From Geosiphon pyriformis uo1 (taxonomy: Eukaryota; Fungi; Glomeromycota): a DNA stretch of 64,000 nt. The stretch spans positions 566,354 through 630,353 of the forward strand of contig JAAOMT010000436.1 in assembly GCA_016748015.1 (NCBI GenBank). The letters run 5' to 3'. A program made the translations under genes and the position numbers. The notes beneath the pieces are model-generated. The model made no database searches. It was not told the origin of the DNA and saw only the letters and a list, made by a program, of their open reading frames with translations. Shown here in pieces: positions 1 to 12,800 of the stretch; position 1 is the stretch's first letter; every line of letters starts with the position of its first letter.

Positions 1-1692
1 GGCCTCTTTCCAATAGACTGGAACATTACCAAAATGCAAACTAGAGTTCAGCAAAGACAACAAACACTCCAAAACCAAACAGCCAGCGTGTTTCCAAAGT
101 TTATTGGTAATACCAGACAAACCAGCAGCTTTGCCATCAGGAAGATCACTTATAACCGAAGACATCTCACACATGGTAATATCACACATAACCAGACTGA
201 AGGCGCTATCATCAACATAAGCCAAAGGGGCATATTGTTGTGCCCAGGGACCAGACAAGGCAAAAAGAGCATTTCACTTCCTGGTCCAATTAATTATGAT
301 GTCATCAACTTTGAGCTTCATTTCGTCAAGTTCCAAAATAAGAGAATTACCAACAACCAAATGGTCCAGAACAACTTTGCAAAAGAGCCGCTCCAAGATG
401 CTCCGAATCATCCCATCTTTGTCCGTTTTGAACTTTTCCATACACTTATCAATTGCATTTCTGATAACAGATCTTTTGGCCACCTCAGATTCACAATATT
501 TAGACTTTCTATATTGCTTTCTAATCTTTGAAAGATGACTTATCAAGCCAGCAGAACTCACACCATCCCCGACCATACCAAAAACTTTGAAAGCTTCAGA
601 AGGGTCAATCTTAAACCAAGTATCAGCCAGATGATCAAAGCCCAAAGTATCATTCCGTCTCAGCACTTTTAATAACTTGACAACCAAAAGCTCCAACCTG
701 GAAAATTTAGAAAAGAGTCTATTCTTAGCACAATCAAATTCACTATACCAATGTCTTGAAAAAATCTTTTCAGCAGAAGCAGTCATGGCATCAGCTAGCA
801 TTCCCCACATTTCATCCAAATTGCCACCATCCTCAGCTGTCTTGAACCTATCCAGAGAACCCAAAAGCACACACTCAAAAAGGTCCTTAAAATGCGCCCA
901 CTTTTTCTTATCAGCATCCTTAATCTTAAACTTCCAGCAATTCTTATTAGCATGCTTGTGGATGCTGTTCAAATGAGCATCCAGAAGACCACCCAACCCA
1001 ATAGACATTGACACAGCCAAGTGATCCATGTCAAAAAATTCCGAAACAGAACTAACATCACAATCCACAACTGCTGAAATCAAGGAGTTACTAACTAAAA
1101 TGTAATCCAAAACCTTGCTAACACTCTTTGAATTGCTCCAAGTAGGAGTCCTAGCTAGAGAGTGACCACCAAAAACATTAACTAAACCCAAACCTAAACA
1201 TTTTCTAAGACTCGCCCCCTTGACTGAATTATCTTTATTGAAGTCCCCACTCAAAACAACAAAAGAACTCTTGTTGACAGTATCAGCAATGAATGAATTA
1301 ATAACAAAAGCTTGAGCAAAATGGTCACCACTAGATGCACAGGCATAAAGCCCAATGACAGACACAGAAAGCTTGTTCTTGAACAAAAAGCGAATTGAAA
1401 AAACTCTGCTCTTCACCTCCTCAACTTTGGAAACATGATGAGCCAGAGAATTGTTCACAAAAATAGCCACACCAGCTCCACAAAACCCAACATCCAAACC
1501 AGATGTAAAAACCCGAACATCCTCAAACCTTTTCATGATCCATAATTGTGAACTGGAACACAACTTGGTTTCCGTAACAATCGAGATCGAATTACCAGAT
1601 TCCTTATGCCAGCGAAAAATGTCCTTCTGCTTTGCAGGATTGTTGATTCCCCTAATATTACACGTGGCAATTTTCCAAATAAAACTGGTCAT
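1..1692 (-). pseudogene. LINE L1 ORF2 N-terminal part (APE endonuclease, linker, start of RT)
   Basis: ATG at 1692 overlaps the ORF1 TGA. The frame is open to a TGA at 274 (probably CGA>TGA) and continues in frame to position 1 (...NKLWKH...YWKEA). Confidence 0.9.
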
Positions 1693-3667
1693 TGTGATGA
1701 AGAGATAACCGAAAAACCCGAGCCAGCACATAACTGATCTAACTTAGCCAAAATCAAACCAACGGAGATGTCGAGGGCAACCAACTTTGATTTCAGACCA
1801 CCAACTTTGGAAGTCAGGACTTTGGAACTACTCAGACCCAATAGCAAACTGGTAACACCTGGAGAGAAAGAGGTAGACTGGACAAAAAGATCATCAACCG
1901 CCATGTCAAAATCCAAGTCGGAGTTTGCAACCACAAGAAGAACAGAGGTTGGGAATTGAGAAACTACCACAGAAGGAGCCAATTGAGAGGAAGGTACCAA
2001 AAGTGCCAAACTAATATTGTCAAGACGAGAAAGAATGTTTGAAATTTGTTCAGACAGAAGCCCCACAGAGCATTCCAGAAGCGCTAAGCAAGCACTCAAA
2101 AGAGAATTGACCACAGGTAGAAGGGGGAGTACCCCACCTGAACTCAAATCACTGGAAGGCAGGGAACCAGAACCAGAACCAGCACAAAAACCATGAGAGA
2201 CTGAAGCAACCGAGACCACTTGGGCCCAAGATTTACTACCAAAGGCAACAGAACGAGAGATTGGCACATTCTTCTTCGCATATAATTTGGCCAGCTAGAG
2301 ATGAGTATCAGGGTTGGTAGGCCTTATAAGAAACTTTGAAAATTTGAAAGCTGACGCAACCTTAGCATCACATTCCAAGGCAGAATGACCAAACTTCTCA
2401 CACCGTTCACAATGAACTAAATCCAGCCTAGCCCATGAGAGTTTCACACCACCAAGGATCAGTTCTGTGCGAAAAACTGACTCCAAAACCTCATCAGAAT
2501 CAAAACACACAACAGCACAGTAAACCCTATTACCAGTCTCCAATGACCGATTTATGACACAAGTTTTTCCACCAGCCCCTTCAAGAAAATTTCCAAAATC
2601 ATGAGCAGTAGTCCCCACTGGCAAAGTAAACAAAAATGCCCTAAACTGGTCTCTAGATGCCCAAGTTTCACAATCACCCATCACCATAGCCACACGAACC
2701 GAGTCTTTATCAATCAGGAAGGACCACCTAGCAGCCAAAGACACAGCCTGTTCCAGTTCGGTGAATTCTACCACAGCCTTTTGCCATAAACCAATCAACT
2801 AAATTTTGATCAACTTAATTTCTCCAAACTCGGATACTGTGGTGATGATCATTTCCTTTGGCATGTCCATGGGAATTTTCTTGATTATTATGGCCCGATC
2901 TGAGCATATTCCTTGTCTCTTAAGATTGCTGTTTACAATGACATTATTTTCCCTGGCCAATGACATGGCCTTTTCCATGCTTTCCAATGAAGTAAACGTT
3001 GATCAGATGATCCCTTCAAATTTTGAGGGGGTAATGGCCCCCCAAAACCATTGATTGTTGAAAACAATTTCCTGATAACCTGAGTCTTGGCCGTAGCCAA
3101 TTTTCTCTCCACAACAGATAGATTAATGTCCAATGTGAATGATTTCTTCACAGCAACTTCCACCTGAGACTTAACAATTTTGGGGTCCACTCACACCTTT
3201 TCCAAAGAGAAAGACAAACAGGGAGAAAGAGAAACTTCCTTCTTATTATCCATGCCATAATCAATAGAGCCGATAGGGGAACCGATAGCTGCACCAGTAT
3301 TGAAACGCTTTACATTAGGCGTATTTATTTGGAAGTCAGAAGTGCTTTTATCATCAGAGGTTCCTCCATCCATATTCATGCTAGCAAATTGCCCATCCTC
3401 GCAAACAGACCCACCATTCTTGAGATTCTTATTTGCACTTAAAGATTTAATAGTACCAAGAGACTTTCTGACTTTTTGGGTTGAACTTCCACCAACTGAA
3501 CCAGTGGTCGAGACTCTAGCTGACCTTCTCTTAGCTCCAGGCCCACTTATAGTGGTAGCCAGTTCAACAACAAAGGAGTTTGTTTCTTGTAAAATAGTGG
3601 AAGATAATATGCAAAACAGAAAAAGGCTTCTTTCAAAATTTGACTCTTTTTTAGGAATTTGGAACAA
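1689..3667 (-). pseudogene. LINE L1 ORF1 (RRM domains, CCHC knuckle CERCEKFGHSALEC, coiled coil); in-frame stops and one frameshift near 3040
   Basis: RRM-like segments (IIIKKIPMDMPKEMIITTVSEFGEIKLIK; GLWQKAVVEF; LFTLPVGTTAHD) and a zinc knuckle; ends SSSQ-TGA. The true start codon is uncertain. Confidence 0.85.
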
Positions 3668-3699
3668 AGGAGAGAAAGAAGTTTTATTATATTCTTAGC

Positions 3700-6157
3700 T
3701 TTTTATTTAATTAAATAAGCTTTATATCAATATTAAAAATTTTATTTATGATTAAATTAACAATTTGGCTGTGATTTGTTTTTTGTTTTACAAATTTAAA
3801 GTTATAGATAAGTATTATTGTATTCTATAAGTTTTTAAAATATTAAAGTTTAATAAACTAAAGAATACTGTTTTTTAATTTTTTAATAAATTGAATTAAA
3901 TTTGGCCAAATATATAATAGTCTTATTTGATAGCTTAAATTTAATAAAAAATTTGATTAAATTGGCCAAAATAAATAATAACTGTTTTATAATTTTTTTG
4001 TTTTATAATACTAAATTAATTTTGTAATTAAATTAAAGTATTAAAGTTACAAAAGTATTATAGAAAATCAAGTTTAAAAATAATAAAGTTAGTTAGTTTT
4101 TTATTAAAGCTTTAGTACTAAGAGTTAAATAGTTCTTATTAAAAAAAAAAGTAATGCTTAAATAGTTTTAGTATCATCTTAACTGTTGACCATAATTGTT
4201 TTTTTAGCTTTTAAAATCTATATATATGTATTTTTTTTTTATCAGAGAATTTTTTTAATTTAATATTGTCTTTGTAAACTATGACCAAATAATAAAAAAT
4301 TGTTTATTTGTTAATAAAAAAGAGATTGACAAAAATATGTTTGGTTGTTTTTTTTTATTAATTTTTATAATAGATTAAAATAGTGATGTTCTTCTTAAAA
4401 AAGTAGTTGTTAATTCAGTTAATAATTATAATATTTGTTGTTTTTAAGTAAAAATATTTCAAAAAGTGGTGTTTATTATTAAAGTAAAATTTTTGAATAG
4501 TGTTCTATATTTTCTTAATAATTTAGTTCAGAGATTTTTTTTAAAGTTTTAAAAATAAAAATTTTCAGAAGTTTTTGGAATTTTTGGCTATAAATTATAT
4601 GGTTGATTTAATAAAATTCTGCTTTCTAGAGTTTAATAGTAAAATAGTGTTGTTGGTAAAAAAAATCTTAACTTTTTGCTTGTTGTAAATTGGAATTTTT
4701 TTTGTATAAGTTGTTGCTAAATATTACTTTTTATATTTGATTCGAATTCTTTAGAAAAAGTTTTTATGCTGCAATTTTTTTTAAACTATAAATAACAATT
4801 TTGCATATATATTTTAATTTTTTTGTCTATAAAAAAAAAGATTTCTGTAATTGTTCTTTTGATGATTAAAATTAAATATAATAGTAAATTTTGGTAAATT
4901 TGCTTTTTAAGTTTTTTAGTATTTACTGTTTTGCCTAAATAATAGTTAATTTTAACATATATATAGTAAAAAAAATCACTTTTGGCTGCAAAGATTTTTT
5001 TGAGATTTTTAAATCTTCTCAAAAATATTGATATAATGCTTTTTTAAAAAGTAAATAATTTTTTTAAACCATTTTAATAATCACTACTTTTGTGAATTTT
5101 TTAGATGCTCTGTTTTTATGGATTTTATAACCTTATAGAAAACACTAAATATTATAAATAAATTAATAAAATATAGTTATAATGTTTAGAACTTGTAATT
5201 TAATAATAAGAGCAGTATAAAAATCAAATAAATTAACTTTAATTATGTTGTAAGTTATTAATTTTTGAAGATTTTTCTGTTTTTAAAGTTTTATTTGTTA
5301 GGTTTTTTTTGTTATAAAATACAGAAATATTGTTTTTTTAATTGCATAATTATTGTTGTGTTTTTTTCTAAAGTTAGTAAATATAATCATTAGAATTTAG
5401 TATTGTTTTTTTACTTTTTTAATAAGCTAACAAGATAAAATTAATATTTAAACTTAAAAAAAGTTTTTTTTTTTACCAAATTATTATAAAATCTATTTTT
5501 AGATAATTAATTTTCAATATTACTGTTTTATAAGAAAAAAATAAAAAAAATAAAAAAAATAAAAAAAAAATAAATAATAAAAAAAAATAAAAAAAAATTA
5601 GTATTCTATTAATTACTATATTTAAAAGCAATTGGTCTAGTTGTTTAAAGTTCTAAAAACATTTATGCTAATAATATCTGATCTAAAATAAAAACAAAAG
5701 CAATAATTAATTTAATTTTAAAAATCAGAATATTAAAATTATGTACTTTATAAATTTGAATAATAATATTTTTATTTGATTAATATAGAATATAAAAAAA
5801 CAAAAAATTATAAAGCTAAAAAAAAATATTTAAAAGAAATTAATTTTTGTTGTGTTTGTTTTTTATTTGCTAAAACTATTTCTTTTTATACATATTTTCT
5901 ACTTTTATAAAATTGTATTTAATTGCTTATTATTACTAGCTATTATTTATTGTTTTAATTATTGCTTTGTTTTTTACATTATATTTAATTATTTTATATT
6001 ATTATTAGTTATTTTGTATTATTTTACATTATTGTATATTATTTTATATTATTTTGTATTATTTTGTATTATTTTGTATTATCATGTTTTTTTATATTAT
6101 TATATATTAATTATATTTTTTTAATAGTTTTAGATTGGTTTTTTTATTCAAATAACA
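3700..6157 (-). mobile_element. Fossil (AT-converted) Ty3/Gypsy 5' portion: gag remnant, PBS and 5' LTR
   Basis: ORF 4786-5022 (FAAKSDFFYYIYVKINYYLG...IDKKIKIYMQNCY) aligns with the Gypsy-A gag N-terminus (LSAESAFNFYIHKKISYLLG...INKEIEIHTQQRY). 5131-5159 ccttatagaaaacactaaa|tattataaat is largely the C>T/G>A version of the Gypsy-A PBS/LTR junction tttcacagggagcaccaaa|tgttacaaat. Confidence 0.7.
5150..6157 (-). repeat. Decayed LTR of the fossil Gypsy, with an eroded 10-bp tandem array (attttgtatt) at about 6010-6085
   Basis: Starts tattata (decayed tgttaca) next to the PBS remnant and ends ...aataaca. Fossil LINE ORF2 sequence resumes at 6158. Confidence 0.6.
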
Positions 6158-9100
6158 ATGTTTAAATAGTAATACAGTTTTTTTTAATAATCACAATAAA
6201 TAAATTACTAATAAATAAAAAACATTAACAATATGTTTATTAATTAAAATAATTACAGTCTTATTAGTATTAATAAAAATATTATTAAATTTAAAAAATC
6301 TATTAACTATGTCAAATATATACTGTATTATAATATAAATATTTTTAATTCAGATTATATTATTTATAAAAGCACTAATTATCAAATATAATATAAAACT
6401 AAATTGTTTAACAATTCAATTTGTTTTTAAAATATATTTAAAATTCATATAATAATTAAAAAATTGTTCATATTTCTTTATTTTATACAAAAAAAGATTA
6501 TAAAAAATATGTTATAATAACAAAAAAAAGATTTTATTTTAATCTAAACTATTATAAATTTTGTAGTTATTAATTAATTTAAAGTTATAATATAATTTAA
6601 ATAATTATTATATATATTATCAAAAAACCTAATAAATTTAAAACATATTTTAATTTTTTGTAAACTGTTTTTTAAATAAAATCAATTAACAAAATTATAT
6701 GTTTTATATATATTTTATAAAATTAATTAAAGTTCACAATTCTTTTTTAAGACATTTTTTATTATTAAATTAATAGTAAAAATTAACAATAAAATTAAAA
6801 TACTTTTAAAGACAAAAAAATTGTTGTTTTAAAAAATGTTAAATTTACTATATATTATTAATATTTAATTTAAAAGTATTTTTAACAAAATTTTACAAAC
6901 AGTTTTAATAAATACTATTAAATAAGTATTAGTTATAATGCTTTTTTACTTATAAAACTTAAGAATTATAAAAACTTAAATACACTTCTATTAACCAAAT
7001 ACTAATTTAAAAATTAAACAAAAATATAATAAAACTAATAGCAAGCTAATAATATTATTATTACAATACTTTTAAAGTTTGTTTAATATGTTAAAAAGTT
7101 TAGCTGTCTTATTATTAAGAAACAATATAATAATTAACAAAAACTTACTTAAAAAAATCAAATTTATTATCTTTAAAAAATAATATTATTTATAGAATTC
7201 AAAAAAACATATTAATACTGCCAAAAAAAAAGAATTTTATTTAACACAATCTGCTTTTTAGTTCAATTTTTTATAATAAAATTTACAAATAATTTAATTT
7301 TATTATTTATAATTAAGTAATCTAAAATTATTTTGTAAAATAAAAATTTAAGAATACTATATATTATATAATTTTTATTATTTGCAAAATTTTTTATCTA
7401 TTTATTAATTATAATATTAATTCTTTTTATTTTAATTTTATAAAACTCACAAAGCTTTTTGACATAATAATATCTTTTAGTTTTATAAAAAACCAAATAA
7501 ATTACATTAGCTCTTAAACTTTTTTAAACTAAATTTCAGATAGTATTAGCTTTTTTAAAATTTAATTTTAACTATTTATTTATAAATTTAATAAATTTAA
7601 CATTCAGATATAATAAAAAATATTTAAAAAATCTTGAAACCAAAAATTCAGTTCATAAAAATAAAAAAAACAATAATTTTTAATATATGAATACTTATTA
7701 TATTAATACTTAAAAAAAATCTAATTTATAGTAAAGCCAATAATGTTTTTAAAACAATTTTATATTATATTTAAATTATTAACCATCTTAAATTCTTAAA
7801 AATGCTTTTTAAACTATTTTTATATAATTTTATTTGTATTTTTAAAATTGTATTTTTAATAATTTTTATTATATTGTTTTTATAAAGAAAAATATATTAT
7901 TTAAAAAACTATTTAATCTTATTAAAATACTTACAGCATTAAAATCAGTAAAAATTTTTTTTACTTTCAGAACTTTATAAATAACAATTGTATTAACCAA
8001 TAAAAAAACCAAAATAAAATTAATAGTTTTATAAACACTATATAAATTATATTATGTTAAATTTTTAATAAATAAATTATTAGAAAAAGAATAACCAAAT
8101 TTAAATCCAAATTTTTTTTATAATTAGTAATGTACTTTATATTATTTTTATTAAAATTATTTTTTAAAATAACAAATATGCTTTTATTATAAACTTTAGC
8201 AATAAATAAGTTAATAATAAAAGTTTAATTTAATATTGTATTAATAAATATACTTATATATAAATTTAATATTATAACTAATTATTTATGTTTAAATAAT
8301 AAGTAAATTAATAAAAGTTTATCTAGAATCTTAAAAACTTTAAATATATATTTAATTAAATAACTATTATTTAAATATAAAGAATTTAATTTTTTAAAAC
8401 CATATTAATAAACTCTTTTAAAACCAATAATTTGGTTTTTAAGTTATTAATTTTGACAATACAAACTTTTAAACTATTTATAATTAAGTTAAAAAAATAA
8501 TTCAAGATATTAATTATAATAAACAAATTAAATAAATTCATATTTATTATTATGTCTAAAACCAAACTATTAAGTTATAAAGTTATATTATTAGATTATA
8601 ACAATAAAAAAAAATACAATAATTTTAATTTATACAAAATTTTTATAACTTTATTAGTTAAAATCTCTAAGAAACATTTTAATATACACAAATAAAAATT
8701 CAAAATTAATGCCATAAATAATAAATCAAGTTAACTAATTATATTTTTTAATATAAAAATACCAAATAACAAAATACAAAAAAAATAGAAAGTAATCTGT
8801 TAACAATTAAAACTTATATTATATTATTAAAAAAAAAACAAAAAAATATAAGAGCTTATTTTTTTGTATAAATATATATAAAATATTTTTTATTATATTT
8901 AAAAAGCTTGTTTTTAACTTAATTAAATAATATTCTATTAAGTAAACAAATAGTAAAACATAACTACTTAATTTATATTTAATATATATAAAAGTCAACA
9001 AATTAATTTAACTTAAGGTTATATTTTTAAAAATTAGTATTAAACAAATAGCAGTATCTTTGATAACAACAAAATTGAAATACATAATAATACAATATAT

Positions 9101-9679
9101 TTATATATAAAAAATAAAATTGTAAAAAATAAAACAAGTTTTTTTACTATATAACAACAAAAAATTTAACAGATTATAGACAGTAATGTTTATTAACAGT
9201 ATATATAAAAAAGTATAATAATAGTTTTTTAAGTTTTATATTTATTTATTAGTATTGGCTTTAATTATATGTATAAAGTTTTTGTTTAGCAAAATTAATT
9301 ATTAAAAAACTACCAGATTTATGTCTTTAATATTCTCAAACTTAATTAACACTTTTTGCCAAAAATTAATCAACTGTATTTTAATTGTTTTGATTTTACT
9401 AAATCTAAATAATATTAATTCTAATACCAATTTAAAAAGATTGATTAAAATTTTTTTAATAATAATTTTTTGATTTAATTTAATATTAATTCTCTTTAAA
9501 TTAATATTAACCAAAATTTTTTTATTAATAACCAGTTTTTTAATTTTTTTAAACTCGATTTAAAAATAAATATGAATTAATATTATAAAATTTTGGAAAA
9601 AAAACGTTTTTTTAAAACTATTAAATTAATAAAAATTTTTTTAATATATCTAAGTTTATTATTTAATGTTTTTTTTTTA

Positions 9680-9803
9680 ATTGCTTTATAAGTGAGGTCC
9701 AAACACTACCTAGTGCTATACATCAAAGAAATGATCTAAACTAGGTGTGAATCATCCACTTTCTACATGTGACCAGCCACTTGGACTAATCAGAACAACA
9801 CTA
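9680..9803 (-). promoter_or_regulatory. Conserved structured LINE 3' tail (L2 copy)
   Basis: A ~120-nt motif starting at the ORF stop TAG and ending before the poly(A). Homologous copies at 42405-42525(+), 46810-46930(+), 50088-50207(-), 58170-58290(-) and 61122-61240(-). Confidence 0.8.
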
Positions 9804-12800
9804 TGCAGCTATGTAAACTGAAACTGAGTCACCTACACCTGAAAAAAACAAACAAAGTTTGCAAAAGCCAAAACAAACATTAAAAGCATCAACAATGCCA
9901 AGCAATTTGACCACCCCAGCTGACAACCCAAAGGCCAAACCAAAAACCAATACAAGAACCAAACCATCAAGGGAAATCAACACATTTTTCTCCATATACA
10001 CATAATGTTTAGCACGAACTGACCAAACATTACTCCTAAAATTAAGACTAAGAGAGCACACAAATTTGACAATCTCCAAACCAGCAACCTTAGGATCATA
10101 AAAGATGGAGACCACCTTACAGAACCAATTATTAAAAATGAAACCCTTATAAAGAGCCATGGCCAAAGAGGAGTCAGAAATACATGAAGACAACATTTGT
10201 AGTATGCCCAAAGAAGAATGAAAGAAATCAGAGATTGCCTTCCAGGAGTCCACATAGAATTCCAACAACTGATGTTAGACAGAGTTATTAATCTTGCAAA
10301 AAAATACATGATCTAATGCCTCCACATCACCACAATATAAGCACAACATACTTGAATATAGTCTATTATAAAGGTGCTTCTGAATAGCAACTGACAGCTG
10401 GTGGTGCAAAGTCTTTATGAAATAAGAGTGGGCATTAGCCGAGAGTCTGCTGGTAAAACCAACAGCCATGTGCAAGTTGGAGTGCCAAACCAAAAATGAA
10501 TGGAGCCAGTCAACCTCAGAAAGCAAATCACCTGCCAAAAACTTGGAACCAAAACCAACCTCTTAGTATACACAACAAACCAAATAATAAATATTATGTA
10601 CGAAATGTCTGAAATTGCCAGAAACCACACTACTATCAGCCACTATGAAGCATTTACCCAAGTGATAAGGAAAATACCAACCAGAGAGAGAAGTATCACC
10701 AGCAATCACATCAGCATGCTCATTCTCTGAAATCCCAGAGTGGTCTTTAACCTTATGCCAGCTGACCTTCAAGTTCTTATAGTGAATAACATTGACAATA
10801 TAATAACATTTGACCCAACACTGATTATGAAAGTTAGAACATGCCAAACCTAATTCAGACTTACAGGCATCCAGAGCAGATTGACTATCTGAAAACAGTT
10901 TAACAGAGCTTAGCAGGAGAACACACTTTAGAGCCAGTGCAATAGCCTGCAACTCCACCAAAGTAAATGACATCAAACCTGACACATTGATGTCCAAACC
11001 CAAATCAATGTCCTCAAAAAATGCAGTGGTACCAGCTCTACAACCAACTGTGCCCAGATTACTAAGAGACCCATCTGTATATACTGACAAACTATCAGCA
11101 CCAACTTGCAAGAAACAATTACAGACAAAAACAAAATCACTAGATTCAAGAATGTTCAAAAAACCAATCCCATCCAAAACTGAGGGATAAGTGAAAAAGA
11201 AACCTCTACTATCAAAAAACACAACAGCAAGCCTGAACCATTCAAAAACAGGACCACAGGGGTCTAATCTCTTCCAATGCTTGAAGGTGTGCCAATCAAA
11301 GACAGAACCATAATGATCATGAAGTTGATCCACAAAGACAACACCATACTATTAGAGAGAAGGAAAAAACCTGAGAAACTGCGATTCACCCAGAACAGCA
11401 GACATAGGAACTCCACCACGAAACTAAAAGAAATTGGCCAAAGAGCCACCTAAGGACAAATTGCAGTCAAAAAGAACGCGAACCATGCCTGCCAGAAAGT
11501 TATTAGAAAAACTGACATGAATACGCACAGGAAAACTCAATGAATGAACAGGGCACCAGCACAAAACCTGCGAGTCATGGGATCTGTAAAAGAACAAACA
11601 TCCCAGGATGCTGCCTGAATTTGCAAAACTAACAAGAGAGGCTATCTTGCTTTCAGACTGGACTTGAAAAAAAGATTTCAAACCATAAAAGGAAGAGTGA
11701 AGAATTGTATCACTAAGAAAATCAAAAAGTAGACTGGATTTAAACTTCAATCTTCTATGAATCAAGACATCCCACTTGTTGCATGTACTAATAGGAACAA
11801 AACTAAACTGAGTTCTATAACTAACTATAAAATGAAGAACTGCTGACACCAAATATAAAAACTGTTTATCTGAAACAGCTTTTTTCAAGACCAGATTGGT
11901 AAAAAAACAAATGTCTGAATTTGCCTTTGCCAAACTAGGCTTTGAGAGACCTTTAGTCGAGAGAAAAATACTCAAATATTGATGAGATTCACCCTTTTTG
12001 GCAATGGAGATTAGCAAGCCACTAATAAAAAGAGAAGAAATGCTGACTCTGCAATTGATAGAAATAGCCACTGTTTTGTCATTATTGATAGAAATATTAT
12101 TTATCTGAAAAAATTCACTTACAACATCTAGAATGTGTTGAGTAGCTGCCTGACTACTATCAACTCAAATTGTATCATCAACAAAAGCACCAGCAGCAAA
12201 AAAAAAAGAGAGCCCAGCCTGGGACTCAGCATGACCATTCCTTGAAATAAAATGAGAACTTAACTTATAACCACATATGCTTTTCTGTCTCTTGACTTCG
12301 CATAATAGAGGATCATAAAATATATGCCACAGAAGAAAAAAAAAAACCTCTCTTTGGTCCAAACCATTATGTACACAATAACCATCCGTCAGTTCAAAGT
12401 CTGTTATCACCTTGTTGGTACAATTTTTATGAATACTACCAAAAAACTGAATAAACTTGCCACACATCTTGATCCTGACCAAACTTTTCTTGAAATGTTC
12501 TTAGCCAACTGAATTGTATGTCTTCTGCATATCCTGCAAAACCAACCAGAGTTCTCAATCCTTTTTCAATGCATCTTCAACTACTGATCCAACTGCAAAA
12601 ATAGGAGAAGAAGTTGTTGTACCTTTTAAAACTGAAAAATTGTCCCCACAAAGAACGTCAAAAGAGCTGTATGCCAAAGAGATCCTATCAGAAAAAATCT
12701 TGGAAAGAATCTTATGAGCTGTTTCAATTAAAGCAATAGAGTAGATATTCGTAAGAACACCTTTCTACTCATATGATTTAGGAATTATTGAAACCCAAGC

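Larger units (their letters stand above)
1..3700 (-). mobile_element. LINE copy L1 (non-LTR retrotransposon); 5' end near 3700, 3' part runs off the window
   Basis: ORF1 pieces (3191-3667, 2933-3190, 2799-2987, 2295-2798, 1689-2267) are followed by an ORF2 APE endonuclease (WKIATCNIRG, ETK, SGDFN, LDYI, DH) and the start of RT (DLPDGKAAGLSGITNKLWKH, read by hand in 1-273). Collinear with the other LINE copies. Confidence 0.93.

Noticed and set aside
5852-6124. Hydrophobic F/I/L/Y-rich ORF resembling a membrane protein (similarly 8819-9001, 35448-35684, 48967-49152, 49551-49745, 60651-60866)
   Set aside because: A product of extreme AT bias. These lie within an eroded LTR tandem array or fossil LINE ORF1.
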